From the NCBI GenBank assembly GCA_964187785.1, contig OZ076409.1:98830001-98894000 (forward strand): a stretch of DNA of 64,000 bases. The letters run 5' to 3'. The position numbers and the translations under genes are program-made. Source of the DNA: Amphiscolops sp. MND2022. Its lineage: Eukaryota. Shown here one piece after another: positions 1 to 11,100 of this stretch. The notes under the pieces were generated by a model that ran no database searches, had not been told where the DNA came from, and worked only from the letters and a program-made list of their open reading frames with translations. Position 1 is the first letter of the stretch; each line of letters opens with the position of its first letter.

Positions 1-1131
1 TATGGAAATAATCATTTATGAAATTTTAATTTTTTTAAATCAGCGCTTCATGAAACAAAAACGCGACTATTATAGTGACTCGTAAGTTTTTTTCCAATCC
101 GGCCGAAGTGACCATAAAAGTTCTGCAAAATTGATTGAAAGGGTCTAAGCCCATTCATATTTTCATCTGATTATTCGCATTGGTAGGAATTTCTATGTCC
201 CAAAATGTTTCGTTGTTCAGTTTTTTTTCGGGTACTGTACGGCATTTTGAAGGAAATTTTTTATGTCACAAAATTGTTCGCGTTTTGTTTCTTTAATGTT
301 TCTTCTGATAAATCAGGAAAACTTGCTCGGATTTTTTTGTTTTTCTGGCAAGAAAAAAAACCCTTTTGGAGTTTTTCTGTACAATTAGGCCGAAAACTAT
401 TTCAAAAAATATTCTTTGACATTTCGAAGTACTTTTGTTTTTTAAACCATATGCCGTTCCAAGTTTGTTTTAGATAAGCTGTAATTAAAATCATTCTTTT
501 TTTTCGGATCAAAAATTTTAAATCTGACCGCTGTAAATTGACACAAATTTCCTTGCAGATTCAAGCTGGGGTCAGCAAAGTACAGTCAATGTCCATTGAC
601 TAATGCCTGTTTTGTCTAAGTCAAAAGTTTCACCCTGCGCGAAGAATGCACTAATGTTGAGATTTAATTTAATAAAATTTGATCCTAGCAGTTGAATGAC
701 ATTTTCAATTTAACAAGGCCTCAAAGACTTTGTTCTGTGAATGCTAATGTCATCTCTCGGAAGATAATTAATGCTTCACATGTTAAAAATGCTCCGGGAA
801 CAAATTACTCCAAATTACTCCATTAGTATCAAGGTTGCATGAATGTTTTAGGAGCAGCATGAATGCATGCGGGCTGAGGCTTGAAGGATAACAAAAAAGT
901 AACCAAATATAGGTTTGGCTTGACAGAATGAAAAAATCATGCCAGGTTTGGGTAAAGATTTGTCGCAGTAGACTTTACCCCTCAATGTAGAATAATGATT
1001 GTTCTCCATTTCAGACCATGGAAATAGGTACCGCGTAGGTGTAGCAACGACACGCCATTAACGACAAATTAGCGGAATTGCGAAGAGCGAGTAGCCACAT
1101 AATGAAAAGATGTGGAATCTCTCCCATTTTT

Positions 1132-1454
1132 AAGCGGCGTTTTTCTTAAGAAAAGAGTCGCCTATAGTCATGGCTTTTCGTCAGTTTTCTTTAGATACAC
1201 CTGAGGTAACCAAAATGGTTCCTCTTTCAATTTTTTCGGCATTGCGAGACTCTTTTTCATAAAATTTTTTCATCAAAGGGTCACCCTTAAATTTTTGTCA
1301 CGGTGATGATTAGCGATACAATGAATGAAAAGTCTCAAAGCGTTCCCCCTGGCGCGCCAATTCCGTCCAACTTTTGGGTTTTTTGGGTTCTGTAGAAGAG
1401 AATACTTTGAGAATCTGAAGTCCTTCTGCTATTTTTGAGCCTTAGATATGGCGC
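1132..1454 (+). repeat. Copy of a dispersed non-coding repeat family (HINE/MITE-like), truncated
   Basis: Shares 'cggcg..tttcttaagaaaagag' and 'ttttgagccttagatat.gcgc' blocks with 4094-4573 and, inverted, with 51293-51736; breaks off at 'gatatggcgc'. Confidence 0.45.
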
Positions 1455-1647
1455 TATGCAGCAATCTTTCAGACGGCCAATATTAGCCAAGGGTGTCGCA
1501 TTCTCCACTAACGAACACTCTAGAGCTGATTTGGGAAATGAAAGTCCAACTGATGCAGTCGGAAGGCGCTTTTAAACAAACGGTGTCATTCAGCGTCCAA
1601 ACCTTCCCGGATTAGCTATCGCCCACTGTCCACCAATAGTAACAGTT

Positions 1648-2374
1648 TGTAACGATAAGCGCTAAGCGTTTGACCGAAACAAGAGGTGGAGGAACTAGAA
1701 CGGTGAATATAATCCGGGACTTAGATCTCCACGGCCCTAGCTCATTTTGCCTCCAAGGGATCCAGTCCCAGGGTGGGGGAACCGTCTTATGGGATACTCT
1801 CTGGCCTGGTCCCAGTCTTTAACTGCTAAAGATGACAGGCATCTTCCTTGGCATAAAGTCCACTGCTTGATTAGCCTTTAAAAATTGTGCCAGAAACGAA
1901 TGGGAGTTGAACCATAATATTTGGAAAATCTAGCAAATCGCCATTCTAGAGTAGTAATACAGATGTTTCAAACAGCTCTCGAGCATATCAATTTAAACAA
2001 CAACATTTTCATCAAAATACGGCAATTTCAGTTCAGTTTTTGTGGAAAATTGACAAAACGGTTGCCCAGCGCTCAAGCTGGCCACCACAGAACGCCACAG
2101 GGATTTTCAGGCAGACATATTGATCCACGGGTTTTCGCTATTAAAGTTGAGACATCTCATTGTAGGATGGCACAATTCCGTGAAATATTGTGCAAACAGC
2201 TGTACCTGCTGCCGTTCTCTCTTTTTTTTTCGCTCTCGCGGGCGTCTTTTGCTCTTTCTGAGGTTGCTTTTTGGCAGGTCTTTGACCGCGAGCATGTTTG
2301 AGTGCCACGTCAGATTCGAACGAATTTTTGGTACAACCTGTTGGAAACTGTTGACATCGGCAGTTGCCGATACA
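1648..2374 (-). mobile_element. Diverged solo LTR of the element A/C family, inverted
   Basis: Reverse complement matches A/C LTR blocks (CTTATCGTTACA end, 'gagatctaagtcccggatt', 'tctgacgtggcactcaaacatgct', start TGTATCGGCAACTGCC vs TGTAACGGCAACTGCC in C); flanked by GTT/GTT. Confidence 0.85.
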
Positions 2375-3610
2375 GTTGATCCACCGAAGTCTCACCAGTG
2401 GACCATCGAGGTGGCAACCGCTTTACCGGTTTCAAAGGGTGGACCCCCATGAGACACCGGTCCAAATCTTCTGAAAGTTTTTCACAAAAGAATACAGGAA
2501 CAGTAATGAGAAACTTTCATTTTTTTGAGAATCCACACAGTTTTTTTTCACTTCTGTGCGCGCTATCATCACTTTTATCTTTTTTTTTCAACTGAACTCT
2601 ATTTGCTTAGCAACATTGTCTACATTCCGGCTTCATACCTGCTGTGCCAAAAATTGGTTTTAATGATACAAAAACAACCGATGTAACCCTCCGAATCTAA
2701 TTATCAGATAATGACTGTCAACTATCGCAATTGCAACGACTTTGCAAAAAGTGTACTTCAATTGTTTTCGGAAGATTCTCCGGAGCTAACCGGTAAAGCA
2801 CCGTCGAATTTTGTTGATTAATCATCCAAAACTGCTTCTACCGGTGATCAGTGGTCTTTCACAAGTACCGGTGCAACTTAGCTAAGTGAAACTCTCTTTT
2901 AAACTCTGAGTGTGAAACATGGATAGTGTTTGAAATTCACTTTGATCAAACTTTGTTCTTCAAAAGTGGCGAAACCAAAAGTGCAAAAGTATACTCAATG
3001 TTAAAACGGAAGTTAGGGTTTTTCAACAATTCATCAAATTGTGGTTTTTTAAGCTATATAATTATGCTCAAATTGACATCGAAAGTTTTTTATTTAAACA
3101 GATGTTATTGCGCAATATTCACCTGTAAGTACATAAAAGTTATGTCAAGAGACCTTTCAAACTGAAAATTTTCAGTTAACAAAAAATTACACAATTTATT
3201 CTATAAAAGACTGAAAGGTTTTTCCGCACGCTGGTTTCTAAACATATTCGAAGTACCAGCTTTGTTTTTAATTGACGAGACATAATTTAGAGTCTTTAAA
3301 CTGTAATTGCGAGAAAGTTAAACGTCAAGCATCTCATTAAGTAAATTAAAAGGAATTATTCATCTCAGAAATTGAAGAGCGTGTCTCAAATTTGGGAAAC
3401 ATTTTGCTAACCAAAAAGTTTTTTGTTGCAGAATGTTACAAAGTAGCATTTCACATTCTTCGATCGTAAGAAGAAACATTTACGGTTCTTCAATCAAAAT
3501 GCCGAAAATTGGTAAAACAGCGAATATATGCAGACAATCTCAAAAGAAGTTGCCATAATTTACCAACAAGACGCCTGCTAAGCATCGAGATTATTTCCAC
3601 CAGGAATAGT

Positions 3611-3830
3611 TGTAACGACAAGCAGTGACTGGTCGCTTAGTACGCTACAAAAAGGTGGGGGAACCCGCAGCAATGGTGATATCGCCAGAAACTGGCGTCC
3701 ATTCACCACAGATTCCCTTCACCCCCAATGAGGAGATCCCGCCTCAAAGGAAACACTTCAACAGGTTCCAATCTTTTACTGCTATAAGATACGAGTGAAC
3801 CTTGCTAATCTATGCAGGACCACCTCTGAA
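3611..3830 (-). mobile_element. Highly decayed LTR-end fragment, distant relative
   Basis: Begins 'tgtaacgacaagc' and has 'tcttttactgctataagat', resembling the 1648 LTR; on the minus strand GTTACA is followed 8 nt later by TGGTGGA (PBS-like). The right boundary is a guess. Confidence 0.3.
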
Positions 3831-4093
3831 AAAGCTTTTGAAAATGTGACAAGACAAACAGTGTAATTTTCGAAATCTTCAGGGTGACTAGTAGCCCAAC
3901 GTCTAAATTTGCCATAAGTAGTCATACATCACCGTAACACCACAACAATGCACAACAATTATCACGACCACACAACAATAATTGTCTGGCGAAAGCCATA
4001 CAGCTCGCAAGTTAGGGCTCCACGTCACGGGATTGCATTTTAGACGAAAAGATTCAATTTTAAAAAGGTTACTGAATTTGAATACTCATTTTT

Positions 4094-4573
4094 AGTCGGC
4101 GCTTTTCTTAAGAAAAGAGCCCGACTATTACAGTCACTCGTTTTTTTTATTTAAGACAGACTCGAAGCGACGAACGTTAAAATTAACGTTCAACTACTAA
4201 ACTACTAAATACAGTACTAAACTACTGGACCGGTAAAGGCAAACGGGGAGCGCATTCATTTACTTTTTAAACGTTACCTACAAGACCGGACGGGACTAAA
4301 GGGTCCCCCCTTTCGATTTTTTTCGGCACTGTGAGACTTTTTTTCGAAAATTTTTTAATGTCCCCAAAGGGTCCCCCTTTGAGTTGTTTGTTATTTTGCT
4401 ACAGAATGCGTGTTTATAAATCAAAAAGGGTCCCCTCTTTTACATTTTTCGGCACTGTGCGACATTTTCCGAAAAAAAAATTTTTTCGAAAATTTCAAGT
4501 TTTTTTCCAAAAAAATGTTTTGCGCTTTTTGAGCCTTAGATATAGCGCCGACTTGAGACGTTCCCGTCTTGTT
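4094..4573 (+). repeat. Dispersed repeat with subterminal inverted repeats (Helentron-associated HINE/DINE-1-like or MITE)
   Basis: AGTCGGCGCT (4094) is inverted to AGCGCCGACT (~4544); 'acaagaccggacg' (~4280) is an imperfect inverse of 'cgttcccgtcttgt'; ends ...CGTTCCCGTCTTGTT; related copies at ~40-430, 1132-1454 and 51293-51736. Confidence 0.45.
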
Positions 4574-4582
4574 AAGTCGTAA

Positions 4583-5267
4583 TGTAACGTCCACCACTCA
4601 ACATCAAAAATTCGATGAAGAACCAGAACATGTGCGAGTCAAAATGGCCGACCTGGCAGGTCGTTGAAATCAAAAAGGAGAAAAGAAGAAGAAAAAACGA
4701 CGACCCCACCACTCCTCAAACCCCATCCAGAACGCCGAAAAGCCCGTATAATCAGACACTCGATGACGTTCAGAAGCTGAGACGAGACAATATCCCAGTG
4801 TTGTGCCATCTGACCAAAGAATAGCAGAACAGGAGGATGAAGAAGAAAGTACACTTTTTGTGTGAATTGTACCCACGACTCAGAACTCGCTGAGAACTGT
4901 TTAATATGCCTTTTCAGTGCTGTTCTGTAGTGCTCTTGCGGGTTTTCAGGTGCTTGTTAATGGCAGACTTTGTAGGTCCTGATTTTAGACATTATTCACC
5001 AAATTGAAATGTACTTTAGCTAAACCCCTGTTTCTGGACCTCGGAGGTATGTAGGACCGCAGAAACCTAGGAGTGTTTTTACATGCTTGTGGGACGTGTC
5101 CGGACTTTGAGTGTGCCGGCACTTCGCCACGGAGCTCTAATATGAGGAGTCTCCTTAGACCAGTGGAAAGTCCCTATTGAGACCTTTTCGGGACGACACC
5201 GGTCTCTTATTGAAGCAATCTGAGCATTGTCCCACTCTTAGAATGTAGCTGTTAGCTTTACGTTACA
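4583..5267. mobile_element. Probable solo LTR of another Gypsy subfamily
   Basis: 685 bp bounded by perfect 8-bp inverted termini TGTAACGT...ACGTTACA, the same terminal style and size as A/C LTRs; flanks TAA/CAA. Confidence 0.55.
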
Positions 5268-5305
5268 CAAGTAGAGTTACGCTAAAATTAGAAATTGTTT
5301 GAATA

Positions 5306-6090
5306 TGTAACGGCAAGCTCTGGTACAGCAATATCCACCGATTTTGCAACTCGACATGATCAGAAATTTTGCCAAAAATTCGTTCAAATCTGACGTGGCA
5401 CTCAAACATGCTGAAGTACGTGGCACTCAAACATGCTGAAGTACCTGAAGCACAAGATGAAGTACCTGCCAAAAAAGCACCCCAGAAAATCAGAAATCGC
5501 CGCCCGCGAAGAGCGAACGCAAGAAAACGACCAAAAGGACGTACTTTTCGTCTAAAAAACACGGTATTGTGCCCATCCCAAGAGATCGACACTACTGTAG
5601 TACCGGAAACCCGTGTTCAAGATGTTCGCCTGAGTATCCTTGCAGTGTCCCGTGTGGTGACGAGCGTTAGCGCTGGAAGCCAAGATCAATTTCTACCAAA
5701 ATGACTCAAACTGTTAATTTTGTTGTATTTCTCTTTGATGTAGATTGATATGCTCGAGAGCTGCCCTTGAACTTCTATATTTACCTATTTGGATATGTCG
5801 ATTTTATCAGATTCTCCAATACTATGGCTCAACCTCCTCTTGTTTTCAGCCCCCTTTCTAAAGGCTAGTTGAGCAGTGGTCTTGAGTTATGCAAGATGCC
5901 TGTTACTTTTAGCAGTTACAGACTGGGACCAGGCCAGAGAGTTTCTTACAAGACGGTTCCCCCACCTTGGGACTGGCTCCTTCGGAGGGAAAATGAGCTA
6001 GGGCCGCGGAGATCTAAGTCCCAGATTATATTCGCTGTTCTAATTCCTCCACTCTAAGTTACGGTTCAAGCGCCGGCGCTTATCGTTACA
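5306..6090 (+). repeat. 5' LTR of element A (785 bp)
   Basis: TGTAAC...GTTACA; about 13 substitutions, one 1-bp indel and one 40-bp insertion relative to the 3' LTR (counted by eye). Confidence 0.95.
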
Positions 6091-6105
6091 TAGAACCTCA
6101 TTTTT

Positions 6106-6122
6106 TGGCGACTACAGAGGGA
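6106..6122 (+). promoter_or_regulatory. Primer binding site, tRNA-Arg-like
   Basis: TGGCGACTACAGAGGGA (C copy: TGGCGACCACAGAGGGA), similar to the complement of the tRNA-Arg 3' end as I recall it (TGGCGACCACGAAGGGA); 15 nt after the LTR end. Confidence 0.7.
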
Positions 6123-8152
6123 TCGTCTTGGGAAGCTTTCCCGAGCGGTTTTTAAAAGATCTGACCCCCTGGTGATCAGCGCCAAGCCCGTTTCGACTCT
6201 GGAAAAGAAGAGAGAAGCAGAGTTTTGCCCTTTTTTAGTCGTGTGACAATCTACTGGAACTGGGAGAAGCGTTGAACTAGAGAAAACTCGAAAAAATCAC
6301 GTTTTCAGGTGTGAAAATGGCATTTTTAGGTGTTTTAGAAGAAAATCGCTATTTTTGTGTGATGTGTTATGTACCCATCAGCGGGTATCTTTTTGCAGGT
6401 ACAGAAGACCGTAGCACGTGGCTGCGGGTGTTTAACGGGTTTTGCGAGCTATTTTCAGCCATTTTACGCCATGCAAGAAGGTAACTGGTGGATGATCGGC
6501 TATGAGCCAGCGAGGCGAGGGAAGAGTCGATTTGTGTGTTGTCTACTTTCTACACCCATTTCTCGTGGAGACGTCCTAGAGGTATGGTTTTTGGTGGACA
6601 GCAAGTGCAACAGCAGACGGTGCTAATGGTTCAAACCGCGTGTCTCTGTCTGGTCTAGATGTGGAGAAAAAGCGTGGAGAAGATGCACCCCTGTTACCAG
6701 ACGTGTCGCTCAAATGGCTCATGGTTGGCGAAAATTTTGAAAATGCGCCATTTTCGACAGAGAATCGTTGGTGCAGGTCAGTGACGTTTTATCGCAAATG
6801 TAACGACACCCTATGAAGTGCTTTTCTGCGAAAAAGATGGCACTCGAGCGAAAAAACCTCATTTTTGCGCTTTTTTGGTGTTTTTCTTGGTTTCGAGCAC
6901 TCGTGCTCAGTGGAACCAGAAAAACTTTGTGAAAAGTGTTGTGAAAAGCAACTACAAGGCTCGAGAAAGCTGGTGCAAGGCACGAGAGGCAGTATTCGGA
7001 CCTCTAGTTGTGATAAAAGTGCCGATTTAGTACCAGAAAATTGCAAAAAAGTGGAAATTTGGCCTAAAAGGCACCTAAAAGCACAGGCGTACACTTGTGT
7101 AGAAGTATGTAAAAGCAGTGTACGGTGTTTTTGCAAGCGTAACTAACCCACAGGACACTAACTGCAACTTTTGTAGCGGATTCAGGCAGCCCGGGGCTGA
7201 CACGGTGTAAAAAACCTGTGATTTAAGGCGTTTTCAGGCATAGAAAGTGCATTGTCTGAAAATCTTGGGAGCGAAGTCTAATTGAACAGAGCGGCTCCGA
7301 ACATTCTCATTTTCTGTTTTTGTAGTAAAAATAACGCATTGTGGTGAAAACCGCGTGTAAAAATTCCCGTTCAGTGCTGAGAAAATTGGAAAAACGCACT
7401 GAATTTGATCAATTTTCCACTAAACCGGACTGTCTCCAGACTAAGGTCGGGTCATCGATTCCTGAACCCTAGCCAAAAAGTGGTTACAATTTCGTAATTA
7501 CCACAAAAATTAACGTTAGTGCCGAAAATTTGGTGAGCGTATCGGTCACCAAAGTCGAGAAAAGCTCTCTGACGTTTCGACTTTAGAGAAGCATAAAAAG
7601 ACCGAAAAAGTCCAAAACTGCCGGACTGTCAGTGCCTTATACCTAACGGGCACAACCAATTGAAGGTTTATCCTAGTGCTACGGATAGTGGGGCAACACG
7701 TTGGTCCCATTTTGTCCGCCGTTTCACTTCCTGAGTTGATCCTCTTGGTCAATTTGTGAAAAAAGTGGTCAAAAACAATGTTTTTTCGTGTACAACGTAC
7801 ATAGTGGGTCGAGACCTCAAATAAGCGCTCGCGCTTCAATTCGACCATATTAGTGCCATTGTAGGTGCCCACTGGCATAGACTACCAAGTTTGGTGCCGA
7901 TCTGTGTGATACTTGTTGAGAAATTAGCAAAAACGCGGCGCCCAAAAAAGTGCGCGGAAAGGCAAATTTTTCTTAGTTTTTCCAAGTAACCCGGGCACCT
8001 TAGCCAACGGGTGAGGCTATATTGCAGCCCACCATTGTAATTTGTGCTAGTTTCTACGTTGCTGCAGAGAATTTGAGCTTGCTAGCTCTTTCCAGTGGAC
8101 CGCAATCTTGAAAAAGACGTGAAAAACAGTGCATCTCAGTACATAGTGGTAC

Positions 8153-11100
8153 ATAAATCACCAAGAACCAACTGGTGAAGCACGTATAGATGAGCGTGCG
8201 TCGCTCGTTTTCTCTTTCGTCGTGCCCCACGCGGCACCTATCCCATTGCGAAGACTGGTGGACACTGGCTCTGGCGTGTCCATATTAACATTCTCTGCTT
8301 TCAATAGGGTGGCAGCGCGGACCGGTACTGTCCTGAAACCATACCAGGTGGACTTGTATGCCGCCAATGGAAAGACGATAAAGACCTACGGCCTGGCAGA
8401 ACGTATCCACTTCCAATTGGGAGGATACGAACTTGAAACGAACTTTGTCGTGGTGGATGACGCTATGGGTGTGGAGGACTTCCTCCTAGGGCGGAACTTC
8501 CTCCGCTGCTATCAGGTCTTAGTGGACCTTACATCCATGAAGATCGTGGTGCGAGCACCAGTGAAACCTGTCTGGCATCATGCACATGCACAGGTAGGTG
8601 ACGCTTCACTAACTACCCCGGTTGTTCTGGACTGTGACGTAGTCCTGCAGCCTTTCGAACGTGCGGTGGCTAGAGCTAAGCTCGTCACCGATGCGCTGGA
8701 GCCAATGATCTTCCAAAGCGTAGCACTCAACGCCTCTTTGTCTGACACTTCATTGCATAATGTCGTCTTTTTAGAGGACAGCGTGGCCACTGTCAGGGAG
8801 ACAGCCACATTGTACGTGAGTCTGATAAACCTCACCAGTAACCCACAACGCGTGCGGTGTGGTGTTCAACTGGGCACCGTAGTACCCGTGTCATTAGTGT
8901 ACCAGGCAGTGCCTCAGAATCTGGGCTCTTCTACAACGACCAGTAAAGGAACTAACGCCGACAACGGTCGAGCAAATTTTGTTTGTAAAGTGTACAGTGA
9001 AATGAATCTATCCACTGCTTCTGAGTTGACTTCTTCTTCAGAATTTGAGTTTTTATCCTCAATTGATCCTAGTGAGTCAGGACTTTCGGAGCGTGAAATT
9101 CGCAAACGTATCAATCCAGAGCTAATGGCTCCGATTCCCGGACCAGACTCTCAGCTGCAAGAACTTAAGGATTTATGGGGCGCTAGCGCCTGCGAGTCCC
9201 TCGGTAGGATCCTTAATAAGTTGGATGATTTGTTCACGAAACACAAGGCTGACATCGGCAGCTGTACTATCGCTAAACACACCGTAGAGGTGGAGCCAGG
9301 GGCTGTGTCGCATCGCGAAGGTGCTCGTAGGATGTCCACTGAAAAGGCTGAGCGTGCCAACCAAGAGGTGCGGAACCTCTTGGCCTTGGGAATGATACGA
9401 CCCTCGCTGTCCCCTTGGGCGAGTGGCATTGTGATGGTAAAAAAGAAAAACGGGGAGTTACGCTTCTGCTGCGACTTCCGCCCGTTAAACGAGGTGACCA
9501 TCAAAGATGCCTACCCTTTGCCTCGCATAAATGAAAGCCTGGCCCGGTTGGGTAAGGCCAAGATCTATACCAGCATAGACCATGCCTGGGCACTTTGGCA
9601 AATTCCTGTGCGAAAGGCGGATCGTCACAAAACCGCTTTTGCTTGCAAATTGGGGCTTTTTGAGTGGCGGCGAATGCCATTCGGCATGTGTAACGCTTCA
9701 GCCACTTTCCAGCGAGCGATAGCGCGCGCGCTACGGAACATTGTCAACCGCGAAGGCAGCATGGTGATGGCCTACATCGATGACATTGTGATTGCAACCG
9801 AGACTGTGGAAGACCACATGGCACGACTACGCGAAGTCTTTGAGTGCCTCCGTGAAGCTGGTTTCAAAATGCGCGTAGCCAAGTGCGATTTCATAAAGTC
9901 GGAGATCAAACACTTGGGACGTGTCGTCTCCGCGGAAGGCGTGAAACCAGACCCGAAAGCCGTTGCCATATTGCGCGACTGGGAGATTCCCCGCAACAAA
10001 ACAGAAATGCAGAGCTTCCCGGGGGTTCGCCAATTACTATCGCGAATTTATTCCCTGGCACGCCAAATTAGTCGCACCCCTACACACCGTTACCGGACTC
10101 AACGTCACGTTGACTTGGGGTCCCGAACAGCAAAAAGCATTTAACGAAATCAAGAAAACACTGATCGACGCGACTGCGCTTGCGCAGCCCGATTCCGAAG
10201 GAGAGTTCGTGCTGGACACTGACGCCAGCGCTTTTGCCATCTCTGGCATCCTCCACCAATGGCAAGGTCCTCCTGGCGAAAGGCGCCTGAAACCAATTGT
10301 GTATGGCAGCAAGAAACTCACGACCACACAAGCCAAGTGTGGGGCTCCCAAATTGGAAATGTTTGCAGCCTACTACTTCATTGTGAAGTACCACAGTTAT
10401 TTTTGTCCACGAAAGTTCACCCTGAGGGTGGACAACCAAGCCTTGTCCTGGTTGAAAACATATTCCACGGATCAAGCACTGATTGGCCGATGGATCATGA
10501 CCCTGGAGAAATATCACTTTCGCGTGGAACACCGCCCACGAACTCAGCATCGCCACGCCGACGGCTTGAGCAAGCAAACTAATGAATATCGATGCCGGGA
10601 GAAACAACTTGCGCAGCTGCCAGCCGCGGGACAGCGTTGGAATTTCGTGTCAGCTGAGGAATTCGACAAGCTCCCTGTTGCCCCCTGGTTCGACCTCCAA
10701 GGTCGGGTGATTCCGAATCATCCCGATCTCCCCGAGCATCTGCAGAACCTGGAGCCTAAGGCTCCCAGCCCAGTATTACGTGTGCTTCGCCGCACTCAAC
10801 GGGCAACCCGGCGAGAGAAACAAGCAAAAAAGCTGGCAGCGCCCTTGCCGCCACCACCCCCTCTCGCACTACAACCGAACGAAGAGTACTACCCAGACTA
10901 TCCGGAAGACTGGATCGATGTCACCGCCGAGGCTCGTGAAGATTATTTGTTCCCGACGCATGCTGTCAACGTACCTTCGCGAACTGTCTACCCAGTTGCC
11001 GGAGCGAGTGCAGCCAGCCTGCAAGGTACTCCTTCGGGTGTGCGTGACTCCATCATGGACCTCAAAGACATCGACACCGAACTCCACGAACATGCTCACA

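Noticed and set aside
540..1110. Host gene exons (ttgcag and tttcag acceptor-like sites)
   Set aside because: No sustained open frame or recognisable protein.
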